From assembly GCA_963842525.1 (NCBI GenBank), contig CAWJGT010000006.1, forward strand, positions 160,001-224,000: a stretch of DNA of 64,000 nt, written 5' to 3'. Within the stretch, counting starts at the first letter, position 1. Each line of letters starts with the position of its first letter. Below, piece by piece: positions 9,527 to 19,012 of the stretch. Position numbers and translations under genes: made by a program. Origin of the DNA: an uncultured Holophagales bacterium (GTDB lineage: Bacteria > Acidobacteriota > Thermoanaerobaculia > Multivoradales > UBA5704). Below the pieces are notes generated by a model. It was given only the letters and a program-made list of their open reading frames with translations, had not been told where the DNA came from and ran no database searches.

Positions 9527-10690
9527 GTGTCCTTGACATTCGAGGTCCTCGCCAGGTGCGGCGAGGCGCGCCAGGGCCGGCTCACCACCCCGCATGGGGT
9601 CGTCGAAACGCCGGCCTTCATGCCGGTGGGCACCCTGGGCGCCGTCAAGGGGGTCCCGCCGCAGGACCTGGAGGCCGCCGGAGCCTCGATCCTGCTCTGC
9701 AACCTCTATCACCTGGCGCTGCGTCCGGGGGTGGACGCGGTCGAGCGCCTGGGCGGGATCCACCGCTTCACCGGCTGGGAGCGGCCTCTCCTGACCGACA
9801 GCGGCGGCTTCCAGGTGTTCAGCCTGTCCACCCTGCGCAAGGTCGACGACGGCGGCGTGACCTTCCGCAGCCATCTCGACGGCTCGCCCCTGCGCTTCAC
9901 CCCCGAGAGCGTGGTGGACCTCCAGCAACGCATGGGAGTCGACATCGCCATGGTCCTCGACGAATGCCCCCCCTGGCCGATCGACGAAGCGGCGGCGGCG
10001 GCCTCGTGGCAAAGGACCCTCTCCTGGGCACGGCGGGCGCGCGAGGCTTGGCGGAATGACGCCGGCACCGGAGGCGGCCTCTTCGGCATCGTCCAGGGGA
10101 GCATCTATCCGGCTCTGCGCGCCCGGGCGGCGGCCGAGCTCTCCCAGATCGATTTCGACGGCTATGCGATCGGCGGTGTCAGCGTCGGCGAGCCGGACGC
10201 CGACCGGCGCGGGGTGGTGGAATGGACGGCTCCCGCCCTGCCGGCCGGCCGGCCGCGCTATCTGATGGGAGTCGGCTATCCGGAGGACATCCTGCATGCC
10301 GTGGGCTGCGGGGTCGACCTCTTCGACTGCGTGCTGCCGGCGCGCAACGCCCGGCACGGGGTCCTCTTCACCCGGGCCGGCGTGCTCAAGATCAAGAACG
10401 CCCGCTACCGGGAGGACGAGCGGCCGGTCGATCCCGGCTGCGGCTGTCCAGCCTGCACCCGGGTGTCGCGCGCCTTCCTGCACCACCTGGCGCGCGCCGG
10501 GGAGCTGACCGCGGCGGTCCTCGCGACCCTGCACAACGTGCGCTTCTACCTTGACTTCATGGCGGACATCCGGCAGGCTATCACGCTCGGTACGTTTGCG
10601 GACTTGGCGGATACGCTCGCCACCCGTTCCACTCCCCTCGAGCAAAGGAGCTCTGAGCAGGAACGACCTGCCGGGGATTTGCACGCATGA
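9527..10690 (+). CDS. tgt: tRNA-guanine transglycosylase
   Basis: TPAFMPVGT, LTDSGGFQVFSL, GIVQG, DCVLP, CGCPAC. Confidence 0.97.
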   Translation: MSLTFEVLARCGEARQGRLTTPHGVVETPAFMPVGTLGAVKGVPPQDLEAAGASILLCNLYHLALRPGVDAVERLGGIHRFTGWERPLLTDSGGFQVFSLSTLRKVDDGGVTFRSHLDGSPLRFTPESVVDLQQRMGVDIAMVLDECPPWPIDEAAAAASWQRTLSWARRAREAWRNDAGTGGGLFGIVQGSIYPALRARAAAELSQIDFDGYAIGGVSVGEPDADRRGVVEWTAPALPAGRPRYLMGVGYPEDILHAVGCGVDLFDCVLPARNARHGVLFTRAGVLKIKNARYREDERPVDPGCGCPACTRVSRAFLHHLARAGELTAAVLATLHNVRFYLDFMADIRQAITLGTFADLADTLATRSTPLEQRSSEQERPAGDLHA

Positions 10691-11031
10691 TGACACCCGA
10701 ATTCTGGAGCCTGTGGACGCCGCTCGCCTTTCAAGCCGGTGGACTGGACCTGGGAGGCCTGCTCTCCTTCGTCCCGTTTCTCGGCATCGTCGCGATCTTC
10801 TACTTCATCGTCTTCGTCCCGGCACGACGCCGGCAGAAGGAATTCCAGAACCTGCTGGCCAACATCAAAAAAGGCGACCGGATCGTGACGACGGGGGGGC
10901 TGTACGGCGAGATCGTCTCGGTAGACAACGCCACGGCGATCCTGAAGATCGCCGACGGCGTCAAGGTGAAGATCGCCAAGTCGGCGATCGCCACCCTCGA
11001 GCCCGAGGGTGACAAAGGGGACAATCGATGA
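10687..11031 (+). CDS. yajC: Preprotein translocase subunit YajC
   Basis: FYFIVFVP..KKGDRIVTTGGLYG; lies between tgt and secD. Confidence 0.95.
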   Translation: MMTPEFWSLWTPLAFQAGGLDLGGLLSFVPFLGIVAIFYFIVFVPARRRQKEFQNLLANIKKGDRIVTTGGLYGEIVSVDNATAILKIADGVKVKIAKSAIATLEPEGDKGDNR

Positions 11032-12626
11032 AACGCAATCTGCTCTGGCGTGGCCTGCTGATCCTGGCCGTCCTGCTCTGGGCGGCCCTGTCCATCTATC
11101 CTCCTTCGCAGATCAAGAAGCTCTTCCAGGGTGAGAATCCCGAGCCGGATATCGACCTCGGGCTCGACCTCCAGGGCGGCATGCAACTGGTCCTCCAGGT
11201 GCACACCGAGGATGCCCTGCGGGCCGAGGCCGATTCGGACATGAACGTCTTGATCCAACAGGCCCAGGAGAAGGGCGTCACCCTGCGCGGTGAGCGCACC
11301 GGCGACACCTCCATCGCAGTCACCGGCTTCACGCCGGACAACCGGAGCTCCGTCGCCGATCTGGCCGACCGCTACCTGGGCGGCTGGAACCTGAACGCGC
11401 AGGACAACCGGCTGGTCTTCACCATGAAGCCGGACTACGCCAACAACATCCGCAAGATGGCGGTCACCCAGGCCAAGCAGACCATCGACAACCGGGTCAA
11501 TGCGTACGGCGTGGCCGAGCCGGTGATCCAGGAGACCACCGACTACCGCATCCTGGTGCAGCTCCCGGGCATCGACGACCCGGACCGCGTGCGCCGCCTG
11601 ATCAAGAACACCGCCTTCCTGGAGTTCCGGATCGTCCGTTACCCCGAGGGCGGCGGCGGCGTGCCGAGCCGCGACCTGATCCTCCAGCACTACAGCGGCC
11701 AGGTCCCCGCGGACGTCGAGATCCTCGAGGGCGACCAGCGCGACCAGGAGAACAAGGTCATCGGCAAGATGTACTACGCGGTGGACAAGAGCCGTACGGT
11801 CACCGGCCGGGACCTGCAGACCGCGCGCCCGGGCATGGGGCAGTTCAACCAGCCGAACGTCGAGTTCACCCTGACCCCCGAGGGCTCGAGCAAGTTCGCG
11901 GACCTGACCGGCGCCAACGTCGGCAAGGGCCTCGCCATCGTCCTCGACGGCCGGGTGGCCTCCGCGCCGGTGATCAAGTCGCGGATCAGCGACCAGGGCC
12001 AGATCGAGGGCGGCTTCGACCAGCAGGAGGCGCAGGACCTCTCCACCACGCTGCGCTCCGGCGCCCTGCCTGCCGGCATCACCTACCTGGAGGAGCGCAC
12101 GGTCGGCCCCTCGCTCGGCCGCGATTCGATCGAGAAGGGCATCCTGGCAGGCCTGGTCGGCACCGCCCTGGTCGTCCTCTACATGCTGATCATCTACAAC
12201 CTGAGCGGATTGAACGCCGTGCTCGCCCTGGCGCTCAACATCCTGCTGTTGTTCGGCGGACTCGCGATCGTCAACGGGGCCCTCACCCTGCCGGGCATCG
12301 CCGGCATCATCCTGACGATCGGCATGGCGGTGGATGCCAACGTGCTGATCTTCGAGCGCATCCGCGAGGAGCTGCACGCCGGCCGCACCATCCGCTCGGC
12401 GATCGACCTCGGGTACGAGAAGGCGCTGTCGGCGATCATCGATTCCAACGTCACGACCCTGATCGCGGCCGCCTTCCTGTACCAGTTCGGCACCGGCCCG
12501 ATCAAGGGCTTCGCGGTCACGCTGACCATCGGTCTGCTGGCTTCCCTGTTCACCGCCGTCTTCGTCAGCCGCTGGATGTTCAACGTCGTGCTGCAGCGCT
12601 TCCGCATCCAGCGGTTGTCGATCTAG
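11028..12626 (+). CDS. secD: Protein translocase subunit SecD
   Basis: LGLDLQGG, LRSGALP, GMAVDANVLIFERIREE. Confidence 0.97.
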   Translation: MKRNLLWRGLLILAVLLWAALSIYPPSQIKKLFQGENPEPDIDLGLDLQGGMQLVLQVHTEDALRAEADSDMNVLIQQAQEKGVTLRGERTGDTSIAVTGFTPDNRSSVADLADRYLGGWNLNAQDNRLVFTMKPDYANNIRKMAVTQAKQTIDNRVNAYGVAEPVIQETTDYRILVQLPGIDDPDRVRRLIKNTAFLEFRIVRYPEGGGGVPSRDLILQHYSGQVPADVEILEGDQRDQENKVIGKMYYAVDKSRTVTGRDLQTARPGMGQFNQPNVEFTLTPEGSSKFADLTGANVGKGLAIVLDGRVASAPVIKSRISDQGQIEGGFDQQEAQDLSTTLRSGALPAGITYLEERTVGPSLGRDSIEKGILAGLVGTALVVLYMLIIYNLSGLNAVLALALNILLLFGGLAIVNGALTLPGIAGIILTIGMAVDANVLIFERIREELHAGRTIRSAIDLGYEKALSAIIDSNVTTLIAAAFLYQFGTGPIKGFAVTLTIGLLASLFTAVFVSRWMFNVVLQRFRIQRLSI

Positions 12627-12654
12627 GCGCCGGGACCATCCGAGGAGCATTGCC

Positions 12655-13938
12655 ATGGAGATCCTGCGCAATACCAACTTTGATTTCATGAAGTACCGGA
12701 AGTACTGGGTGATCGTCTCGCTCGCCCTGGTGCTGGGAGGGATCTTCTCGGTCTTCGTGCACGGCCAGCTCAACGTCGGCATCGACTTCGCCGGCGGTAC
12801 GCAGATCAGCCTGCAGTTCCGCGACCGGCCGCCGATCGACCGGCTGCGCGTGGCGCTCCAGCGCGAGGGCATGGGCGACGCCTCGATCCAGCGTTTCGGC
12901 GGAGAGGAAGAGAACGAGGTGATCATCCGCACCCGGCTCAGGGAAGGAGAGACCGAGGGGAGCCGCGCCCGGGTCGAGACCGCGCTCAACCGCGAGCTCA
13001 ACCCGGACCAGGGCAGCAAGCTGGACCTGAACCGGGCGGGGGCGGATGCCGTCGCCGGCCTGCTTTTCAACGCCGATCCGGAACGCCTGCGCCCGCGGGG
13101 CGAAGGCGCGGCCCGCGCGCGCTACCAGGCGGTGGCCGGGAAGATCCTCGCCAAGCGGCGCGAGGCCGGCATCATCCCGTCCTGGGACGTGGTGCGCAGC
13201 ATCCCGGAGGTGAGCCCGGAGACGTTCCGGGTCCTGCAGAGCCAGGCCGATGTGGGCAACTTCACCGTGACCGGCACCGAGAACGTCGGCCCGCAGATCG
13301 GCGAGGAGCTGCGCCGGCAGGGCTTCTGGGTGGTCGTCCTCTCGCTGTTCGCCACGCTGGCCTACATCTGGTTCCGCTTCGAGCTGCGCTTCGGGATCGG
13401 CGCCATCATGGCCTGCGTGCACGACGTGCTGGTCACCCTGCTGTTCTTCACCCTCTTCGACTACGAGTTCAACCTGACCACGATCGCGGCCTTCCTGACC
13501 CTGATCGGCTATTCGGTGAACGACACGGTGGTGATCTTCGACCGCATCCGCGAGAACATGCGGAAGAACCGCCGCAAGCCGCTGATCGAGACGATGAACG
13601 AGTCCATGAACCAGACGCTGGCGCGCACGATCCTGACCGGCGGCTCGACGCTGCTCGCCCTGGCCGCGCTGCTCTGGCTGGGCAGCGACGTCATCGAAGG
13701 CTTCGCCTTCGTGATGTTCGTCGGCATCCTGGTCGGCACCTACTCGTCGATCTACGTGGCGAGCCCGTTCGCCCTGCTCTGGGAGCAGATCTTCGGCACC
13801 AAGGCCAAGCCCTCCGGGCGCTCCGCCACCGCACGGACCGAGCCGGACACGAAGCCCGAGCCCAGGATGGGGTCGGCCCCTCCGCCGCCGGCCGAGAAGC
13901 CCAAGCGGCGCGAGCCCCAGGCCGCCCGGCGGTCGTAG
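12655..13938 (+). CDS. secF: Protein translocase subunit SecF
   Basis: GIDFAGG, GYSVNDTVVIFDRIREN. Confidence 0.97.
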   Translation: MEILRNTNFDFMKYRKYWVIVSLALVLGGIFSVFVHGQLNVGIDFAGGTQISLQFRDRPPIDRLRVALQREGMGDASIQRFGGEEENEVIIRTRLREGETEGSRARVETALNRELNPDQGSKLDLNRAGADAVAGLLFNADPERLRPRGEGAARARYQAVAGKILAKRREAGIIPSWDVVRSIPEVSPETFRVLQSQADVGNFTVTGTENVGPQIGEELRRQGFWVVVLSLFATLAYIWFRFELRFGIGAIMACVHDVLVTLLFFTLFDYEFNLTTIAAFLTLIGYSVNDTVVIFDRIRENMRKNRRKPLIETMNESMNQTLARTILTGGSTLLALAALLWLGSDVIEGFAFVMFVGILVGTYSSIYVASPFALLWEQIFGTKAKPSGRSATARTEPDTKPEPRMGSAPPPPAEKPKRREPQAARRS

Positions 13939-14214
13939 CCTCACCCCCTGTCCCCCTCTCCCATCGCCCCCCCTTCCCCCGGGAGAGGGGGGACGTGGCT
14001 CAGGCCATAGAGGCAAGGTCGAGGCACTGCCGTGGCGGTGTCATCCTGAGCGCAGCGAAGGATCTGGGCGGGCGAAGCTTTCCATCCCCCAGATCCTTCG
14101 CTGCGCTCAGGATGACATGGCGGGGCAGCTACGACCTCGCGCAGATCGCCTCAACGACGTCCCCCCTCTCCCGGTCGGTGGGGGGGCGATGGGAGAGGGG
14201 GACAGGGGGTGAGG
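13939..14214. repeat. Nested palindromic element: family-A arms enclosing a 30-bp perfect inverted repeat (family C)
   Basis: TGTCATCCTGAGCGCAGCGAAGGATCTGGG at 14039-14068 with exact reverse complement at 14088-14117. Confidence 0.9.
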
Positions 14215-14260
14215 TCCTAATTCAAAAATATCGATAAGGGCCGGGGAACACTCCCGGCCT

Positions 14261-14266
14261 TATAAT
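14261..14266 (+). promoter_or_regulatory. Putative -10 box of rel promoter
   Basis: TATAAT about 65 bp upstream of the start codon in GC-rich context. Confidence 0.5.
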
Positions 14267-14329
14267 CGTTTTCCTTCTCGGAGCGCTGTCTTCGCTGCGG
14301 CGACTTTTCGGCCGGCGTCTCCCGAGCAC

Positions 14330-16576
14330 ATGGCCATTTCGAGCAAGAACATCGCGACCCCGGTGACGCCACCGGCGGTGACCCGCTTCCAGGAGATCCT
14401 CGACTGCCTGGAGGCGCGGCGCCGCGCCTCGGACCCGTCCTTCCTGCGCGCGGTCTACGACTTCTCCGCCGAGATGCACCGCGACCAGCTCCGCCGCTCC
14501 GGCGAGCCGTACATGGTCCATCCGCTCAACGTGGCCTGGCTGCTGGCCGACCTCAACTTCGACCAGACCTGCGTCGCCGTCGGCCTGCTGCACGACGTGC
14601 TGGAAGACACCCTGACCACGCGCGAGGTCCTGGAGAGCGAGTTCGGGGGGGAGATCGCCGAGCTCGTCGACGGCGTCACCAAGATCGGCCGCCACGAGTA
14701 CGTGCGCCGCGACGAGGCCCAGGCCGAGACCTTCCGCAAGATGATCCTGGCCTCGGCCAAGGACATCCGGGTGATCGTCGTCAAGCTCGCCGACCGGCTG
14801 CACAACATGCAGACCCTGCAGCACCTGTCGCCCGAGGCGCGGCGGCGGATCTCGCGCGAGACGCTGGAGATCTACTCCCCGATCGCCCACCGGCTCGGCA
14901 TGGCCAAGGTCAAGGGCGACCTCGAGGACCTCGCCTTCTTCCACCTCTATCCGCACCAGTTCGGCGAGCTCCACACCCGCATCACCGAGAAGATGCGGCT
15001 GGCCCAGGACGACATCCGGGACATCCACGAGAAGCTGGCGAAGAGCCTGGAGGCGGGCGGCGTCGAGGCCGAGATCAGCTTCCGCGTCAAGCGCTACTAC
15101 TCGATCTACGAGAAGCTGCGCCGCCAGGGGATCGATATCTCGCAGCTCTACGACTACCTGGCCTTCCGGATCGTCACCACGGGCCTCAAGGACACCTACG
15201 CCGCCCTGGGCACCGTGCACCAGGCCTGGCGCCCCATCCCGGGCCGCTTCAAGGACTACATCGCGATGCCCAAGCCGAACGGCTACCAGTCCCTGCACAC
15301 CACCGTGGTGGGGTCCAAGGGGCAGCCGTTCGAAGTGCAGATCCGCACGCGCGAGATGGACCTGGTGGCGGAAGAGGGGATCGCCGCCCACTGGCGCTAC
15401 AAGGAGGGCCGGGTCGAGAACCGCGACTACGACCCGAACATCCTCTGGCTGCGCCAGCTCCTGGAGTGGCAGAAGGAGGTGCAGGACCCGCGCACCTTCC
15501 TCACCACCCTCAAGGTCGACCTCTATCCGGACGAGGTCTACGTCTTCACCCCCAAAGGAGACGTCCTCGCTTTCCCGCGCGGCGCCACCCCGCTCGACTT
15601 CGCCTACCGGGTGCACACCGACGTCGGCCACCACTGTGCCGGCGCGCGCGTCAACGGCCGCCTGGTGCCGCTGCGCACGCCGCTCCAGAACGGCGACATG
15701 ATCGAGATCCTGACCAACCCGGCGCGCAACCCGAGCCGCGACTGGCTGACCTTCGTCGTCACCTCGCGCGCCAAGAGCAAGATCCGCCAGTGGCTCAGTA
15801 CGCAGCAGAAGCAGCGGGCCGTGGAGATCGGCCGCCGCCTGTTCGAGAAGGAGGTCCGGAAGTACGGCTCCACCCTGCGGAAGGTCGTGGACGCGCCCGA
15901 AATGGCCGCCTACCTCCAGGGTGAAGGGCTCTCCAGGGTCGACGACCTCTACAGCCGGGTCGGCTTCGGCAAGACCGAGAGCCGGCAGGTGCTGGCGCGC
16001 ATCCTGGGCGAGGAGAAGATGGCCGAGGCGGGGGACAAGCAGCCTCCCGGCAAGATCCGCCAGGCGGTCAGCAAGATCCTCCCCTTTGGCGGTCCGACCA
16101 CCGGGCCGATCCGCGTCAAGGGGCACGGCGACCTGCTGGCCTATCTGGCGAAGTGCTGCAATCCGCTGCCGGGCGAGGAGATCGTCGGCTACGTGACGCG
16201 CGGACGCGGCGTGTCGGTCCACTCCACCGACTGTCCGAATGTCAAGAACCTCATGTACAACCCGGAGCGCGAGATCGAGGTCGAGTGGGCGCGCGGCAAG
16301 GACGACGTCTACCAGATCTCGCTGCTGATCGAGACCGCCGACCAGCCGGGGATGCTGGCGCGCCTGACCGAGGTGATCACCAAGGTGGGGAGCAACATCA
16401 CGCAGATCGAAGCGGAGACCCACGACACCGGCCGCGCCTCGATCGGCGTAGTCTGCCAGCTCCGCGACCGCAAGCACCTGGACAAGCTGATCCGCGAGGT
16501 GCGCTCGATCTCCGGCGTCTTCCGCGTCGACCGCCGCATGACCGGCGGCGGCACGTTCGCCGAAGCGGTCACCTGA
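14330..16576 (+). CDS. rel: Bifunctional (p)ppGpp synthetase/hydrolase (RelA/SpoT homologue)
   Basis: LHDVLED HD motif, KDYIAMPKPNGYQSLH, EVQIRT, TGS, CC and ACT domains. Confidence 0.97.
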   Translation: MAISSKNIATPVTPPAVTRFQEILDCLEARRRASDPSFLRAVYDFSAEMHRDQLRRSGEPYMVHPLNVAWLLADLNFDQTCVAVGLLHDVLEDTLTTREVLESEFGGEIAELVDGVTKIGRHEYVRRDEAQAETFRKMILASAKDIRVIVVKLADRLHNMQTLQHLSPEARRRISRETLEIYSPIAHRLGMAKVKGDLEDLAFFHLYPHQFGELHTRITEKMRLAQDDIRDIHEKLAKSLEAGGVEAEISFRVKRYYSIYEKLRRQGIDISQLYDYLAFRIVTTGLKDTYAALGTVHQAWRPIPGRFKDYIAMPKPNGYQSLHTTVVGSKGQPFEVQIRTREMDLVAEEGIAAHWRYKEGRVENRDYDPNILWLRQLLEWQKEVQDPRTFLTTLKVDLYPDEVYVFTPKGDVLAFPRGATPLDFAYRVHTDVGHHCAGARVNGRLVPLRTPLQNGDMIEILTNPARNPSRDWLTFVVTSRAKSKIRQWLSTQQKQRAVEIGRRLFEKEVRKYGSTLRKVVDAPEMAAYLQGEGLSRVDDLYSRVGFGKTESRQVLARILGEEKMAEAGDKQPPGKIRQAVSKILPFGGPTTGPIRVKGHGDLLAYLAKCCNPLPGEEIVGYVTRGRGVSVHSTDCPNVKNLMYNPEREIEVEWARGKDDVYQISLLIETADQPGMLARLTEVITKVGSNITQIEAETHDTGRASIGVVCQLRDRKHLDKLIREVRSISGVFRVDRRMTGGGTFAEAVT

Positions 16577-16636
16577 CCTGAACGCTGGTGTGGGTGTGTC
16601 GGGGCGGGTTGGGGGAGGGGCGGCGGGGCGATCCGC

Positions 16637-16867
16637 CTACTGCGCCGCCTCGCCCTCTTCCGGCTTCCAGCTCCGCACCGGCGCCTTGACGACTTTGCCG
16701 CTGCGCAGGCAGCGGGTGCAGGTCCAGATCCGCCGCACCCTGCCCTCGATGAGCGCCCGCACGTGCTGCAGGTTGGGCTCCCAGGTGCGCGACGTGACGT
16801 TGTGCGCGTGGCTGACATTGCGGCCGAAGACCGTCTTCTTACCGCAGATCTCGCATTCCTTGGCCAT
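16637..16867 (-). CDS. rpmB: 50S ribosomal protein L28
   Basis: CEICGK..GRNVSHAH..PNLQ..CTRCLRSG. Confidence 0.97.
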   Translation of the reverse strand: MAKECEICGKKTVFGRNVSHAHNVTSRTWEPNLQHVRALIEGRVRRIWTCTRCLRSGKVVKAPVRSWKPEEGEAAQ

Positions 16868-16914
16868 GATCTCTCTCCTTCACCCGGGCAGACTCCTACC
16901 CTGAGGGGCAGGGA

Positions 16915-16944
16915 AGAATACCAGGAAGACGGGCGGGGGGGCAA
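16915..16944 (-). promoter_or_regulatory. Putative sigma70 promoter of rpmB
   Basis: TTGCCC-18 bp-TATTCT with extended TG. Confidence 0.5.
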
Positions 16945-16970
16945 GGGCGCCCCGCACCGAACGCACCGAA

Positions 16971-17535
16971 GTCTCGGGACGCTGCTTCAGCGTGAGCTCA
17001 CGCTGGTTTTGCGGAGCGTACGCTGGGCCAGCGTCTCGGGACACTGCTTCAGCGTGAGCTCACGCTGGTTTTGCGGAGCGTACGCTGAGCCAGCGTCCCG
17101 GGACACTGCTCCAGCGTGAGCTCACGCTGGTTTTGCGGAGCGTACGCTGAGCCAGCGTCCCGGGACACTGCTCCAGCGTGAGCTCACGCTGGTTTTGCGG
17201 AGCGTACGCTGAGCCAGCGTCCCGGGACACTGCTCCAGCGTGAGCTCACGCTGGTTTTGCGGAGCGTACGCTGAGCCAGCGTCCCGGGACACTGCGCCAG
17301 CGTGAGCTCACGCTGGCTTTGCGGAGCGTACGCTGGGCCAGCGTCCCGGGACACTGCTCCAGCGTGAGCTCACGCTGGTTTTGCGGAGCGTACGCTGAGC
17401 CAGCGTCCCGGGACACTGCTCCAGCGTGAGCTCACGCTGGTTTTGCGGAGCGTACGCTGAGCCAGCGTCCCGGGACACTGCGCCAGCGTGAGCTCACGCT
17501 GGCTTTGCGGAGCGTACGCTGAGCCAGCGTCCCGA
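16971..17535. repeat. Tandem array, 9 x 62 bp plus a partial unit, built of palindromes
   Basis: Units start at 16971, 17033, 17095 ... 17467; typical unit contains CCAGCGTGAGCTCACGCTGG, AGCGTACGCT and GTCCCGGGAC; no spacers. Confidence 0.97.
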
Positions 17536-17537
17536 GA

Positions 17538-18523
17538 TCATTTGCCCGCCCGCCGCAGGTCGGCCAGGAAGCCATGGGCCATCTCCAGGGTGATCGTCTC
17601 CCTCTCCACAGCCTCGCAGAACAGCTTGATCGTGGCGAAGGCCTCGCGGGAGACCTTCTGGGCCTGGAACACAGGTACGAGCTGCCGGGTCAGCTCCTGG
17701 ACCTCGGCGGTCCTGTCCTGGCCCAGGTAGAGGACGGCCAGCTCCAGGGAGACCAGAGCCGTGTCGTAGGCGATGTCGAGCGTCAAGAATTCTTTGTGCA
17801 CCTGCTCGAAGGCCGCTTCGGTGCCCTGGGGCTCGCCGCGAAAGTTGGCGATCCTCCCGCCCAGCCAGGTCAGGCGCACCAGATCGAGCTGGTTGCCGAG
17901 CCGGATCGCCTGGTCCCGGACCTCGTCGATCATGGCCTCGGCTTCGGTGTGTCGGCCGAACTCCGCCAGCTCGATGGCCTTATCGGCGTCGTGGGCCGCG
18001 GCTTCGATGCTCAAGTTGCACAGAAGCTCGCTAAGCCCCAACTGTGGAATTCCGGGCTCTGCCGCACCTGAGTCCGCCTCTGCTCGGGCGCGAGGGGCTT
18101 CAGGCGATCCCACAGCCAGGGGGCAATGCGCCGCTCCACTTCGGCTGCTTCCCAGGCGGATGGATGAGGCTGCCCGGGCAGAGCTTCGAGCTGCTTTCCC
18201 AGCGAGGTCTCCAGTATCCGGGCGAGCCGCACCGCGGACCGGGTGGCACCGGCCGCCGTCGAGCCTCCCTGCAAAGTGAGCTCGGCATAGGGGGCAAGGA
18301 GGTCGGCGACGGCTTCCAGAAGCGGGATCGTCACGCGCAAGGCATGGGCGAGCCGCCGGAGCGTCGCGGGCTGCGGGATGAGCAGGCCCTGCTCGTAGTC
18401 CAGAACCACGTGCGGCTTCAGCCGGGCAGCCCGGGCCACGTCTTCCGGGCTCAGGCGGCGCAGCGCCCGGAACGCGGCCAGTGCTGCATGAAGGCCGGGC
18501 CGTCCTTGCGGTCTCTTCCTCAT
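17538..18523 (-). pseudogene. XRE-HTH + TPR regulator, frameshift near 18037 and probable internal deletion near 17962
   Basis: SD AGGAGG; HTH LSPEDVARAARL..YEQG..LRRLAHAL; one extra G in TGGGGC joins it to LSELLC..AYDTALVSLELAVLYL TPR C-terminus. Confidence 0.75.
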
Positions 18524-18646
18524 CTCTCCTCCTGAAAATCCTGGTTGTCACGGCTTCCATGAGACGAAACGCACCATACTTTTCGGAACCCTGCCCCCGT
18601 GACCATCGGGGCCGCGGGCGGGTAGCGATCCTGAAAGGAGCTGCGC

Positions 18647-19012
18647 ATGACATCGTTTTCGTTCCGCCGCAAGGTCCTTGTCCTCCTCTTGGTCGGAGCG
18701 TTTAACATGCCCTGGGCTCTGGCTGCAGAGCCGCTAACTTCCCCCGAGCGTGCTCAGACCTTCGATTGGGCCCCGCTCGACCTCCTCTCCGGCTTTTGGA
18801 GAGCTCTTATCACTCTCTGGGGCGAGGAAGGTTGCACCATCGACCCGTACGGTCGCTGCATCACCAGCCCTGGCAGCGGCGCCACCTCGGGCACGACGGG
18901 TGACAACGGGTGCACCATCGACCCAAGTGGCCGCTGCCTGCCCACCTCCCTCCCCTCTCCCCGGCACTCGGCCGGCTCATTCCAGTCCGCCGGGAGAGGG
19001 GGCGCTTCATGA
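18647..19012 (+). CDS. Small secreted precursor with two GCTIDPxGRC cores
   Basis: SD AAGGAG; signal peptide RRKVLVLLLVG..WALA|AE; EEGCTIDPYGRC and DNGCTIDPSGRC. Confidence 0.8.
   Translation: MTSFSFRRKVLVLLLVGAFNMPWALAAEPLTSPERAQTFDWAPLDLLSGFWRALITLWGEEGCTIDPYGRCITSPGSGATSGTTGDNGCTIDPSGRCLPTSLPSPRHSAGSFQSAGRGGAS

Noticed and set aside
16971-17535. CRISPR array
   Set aside because: Units are near-identical with no unique spacers, and no cas genes were seen
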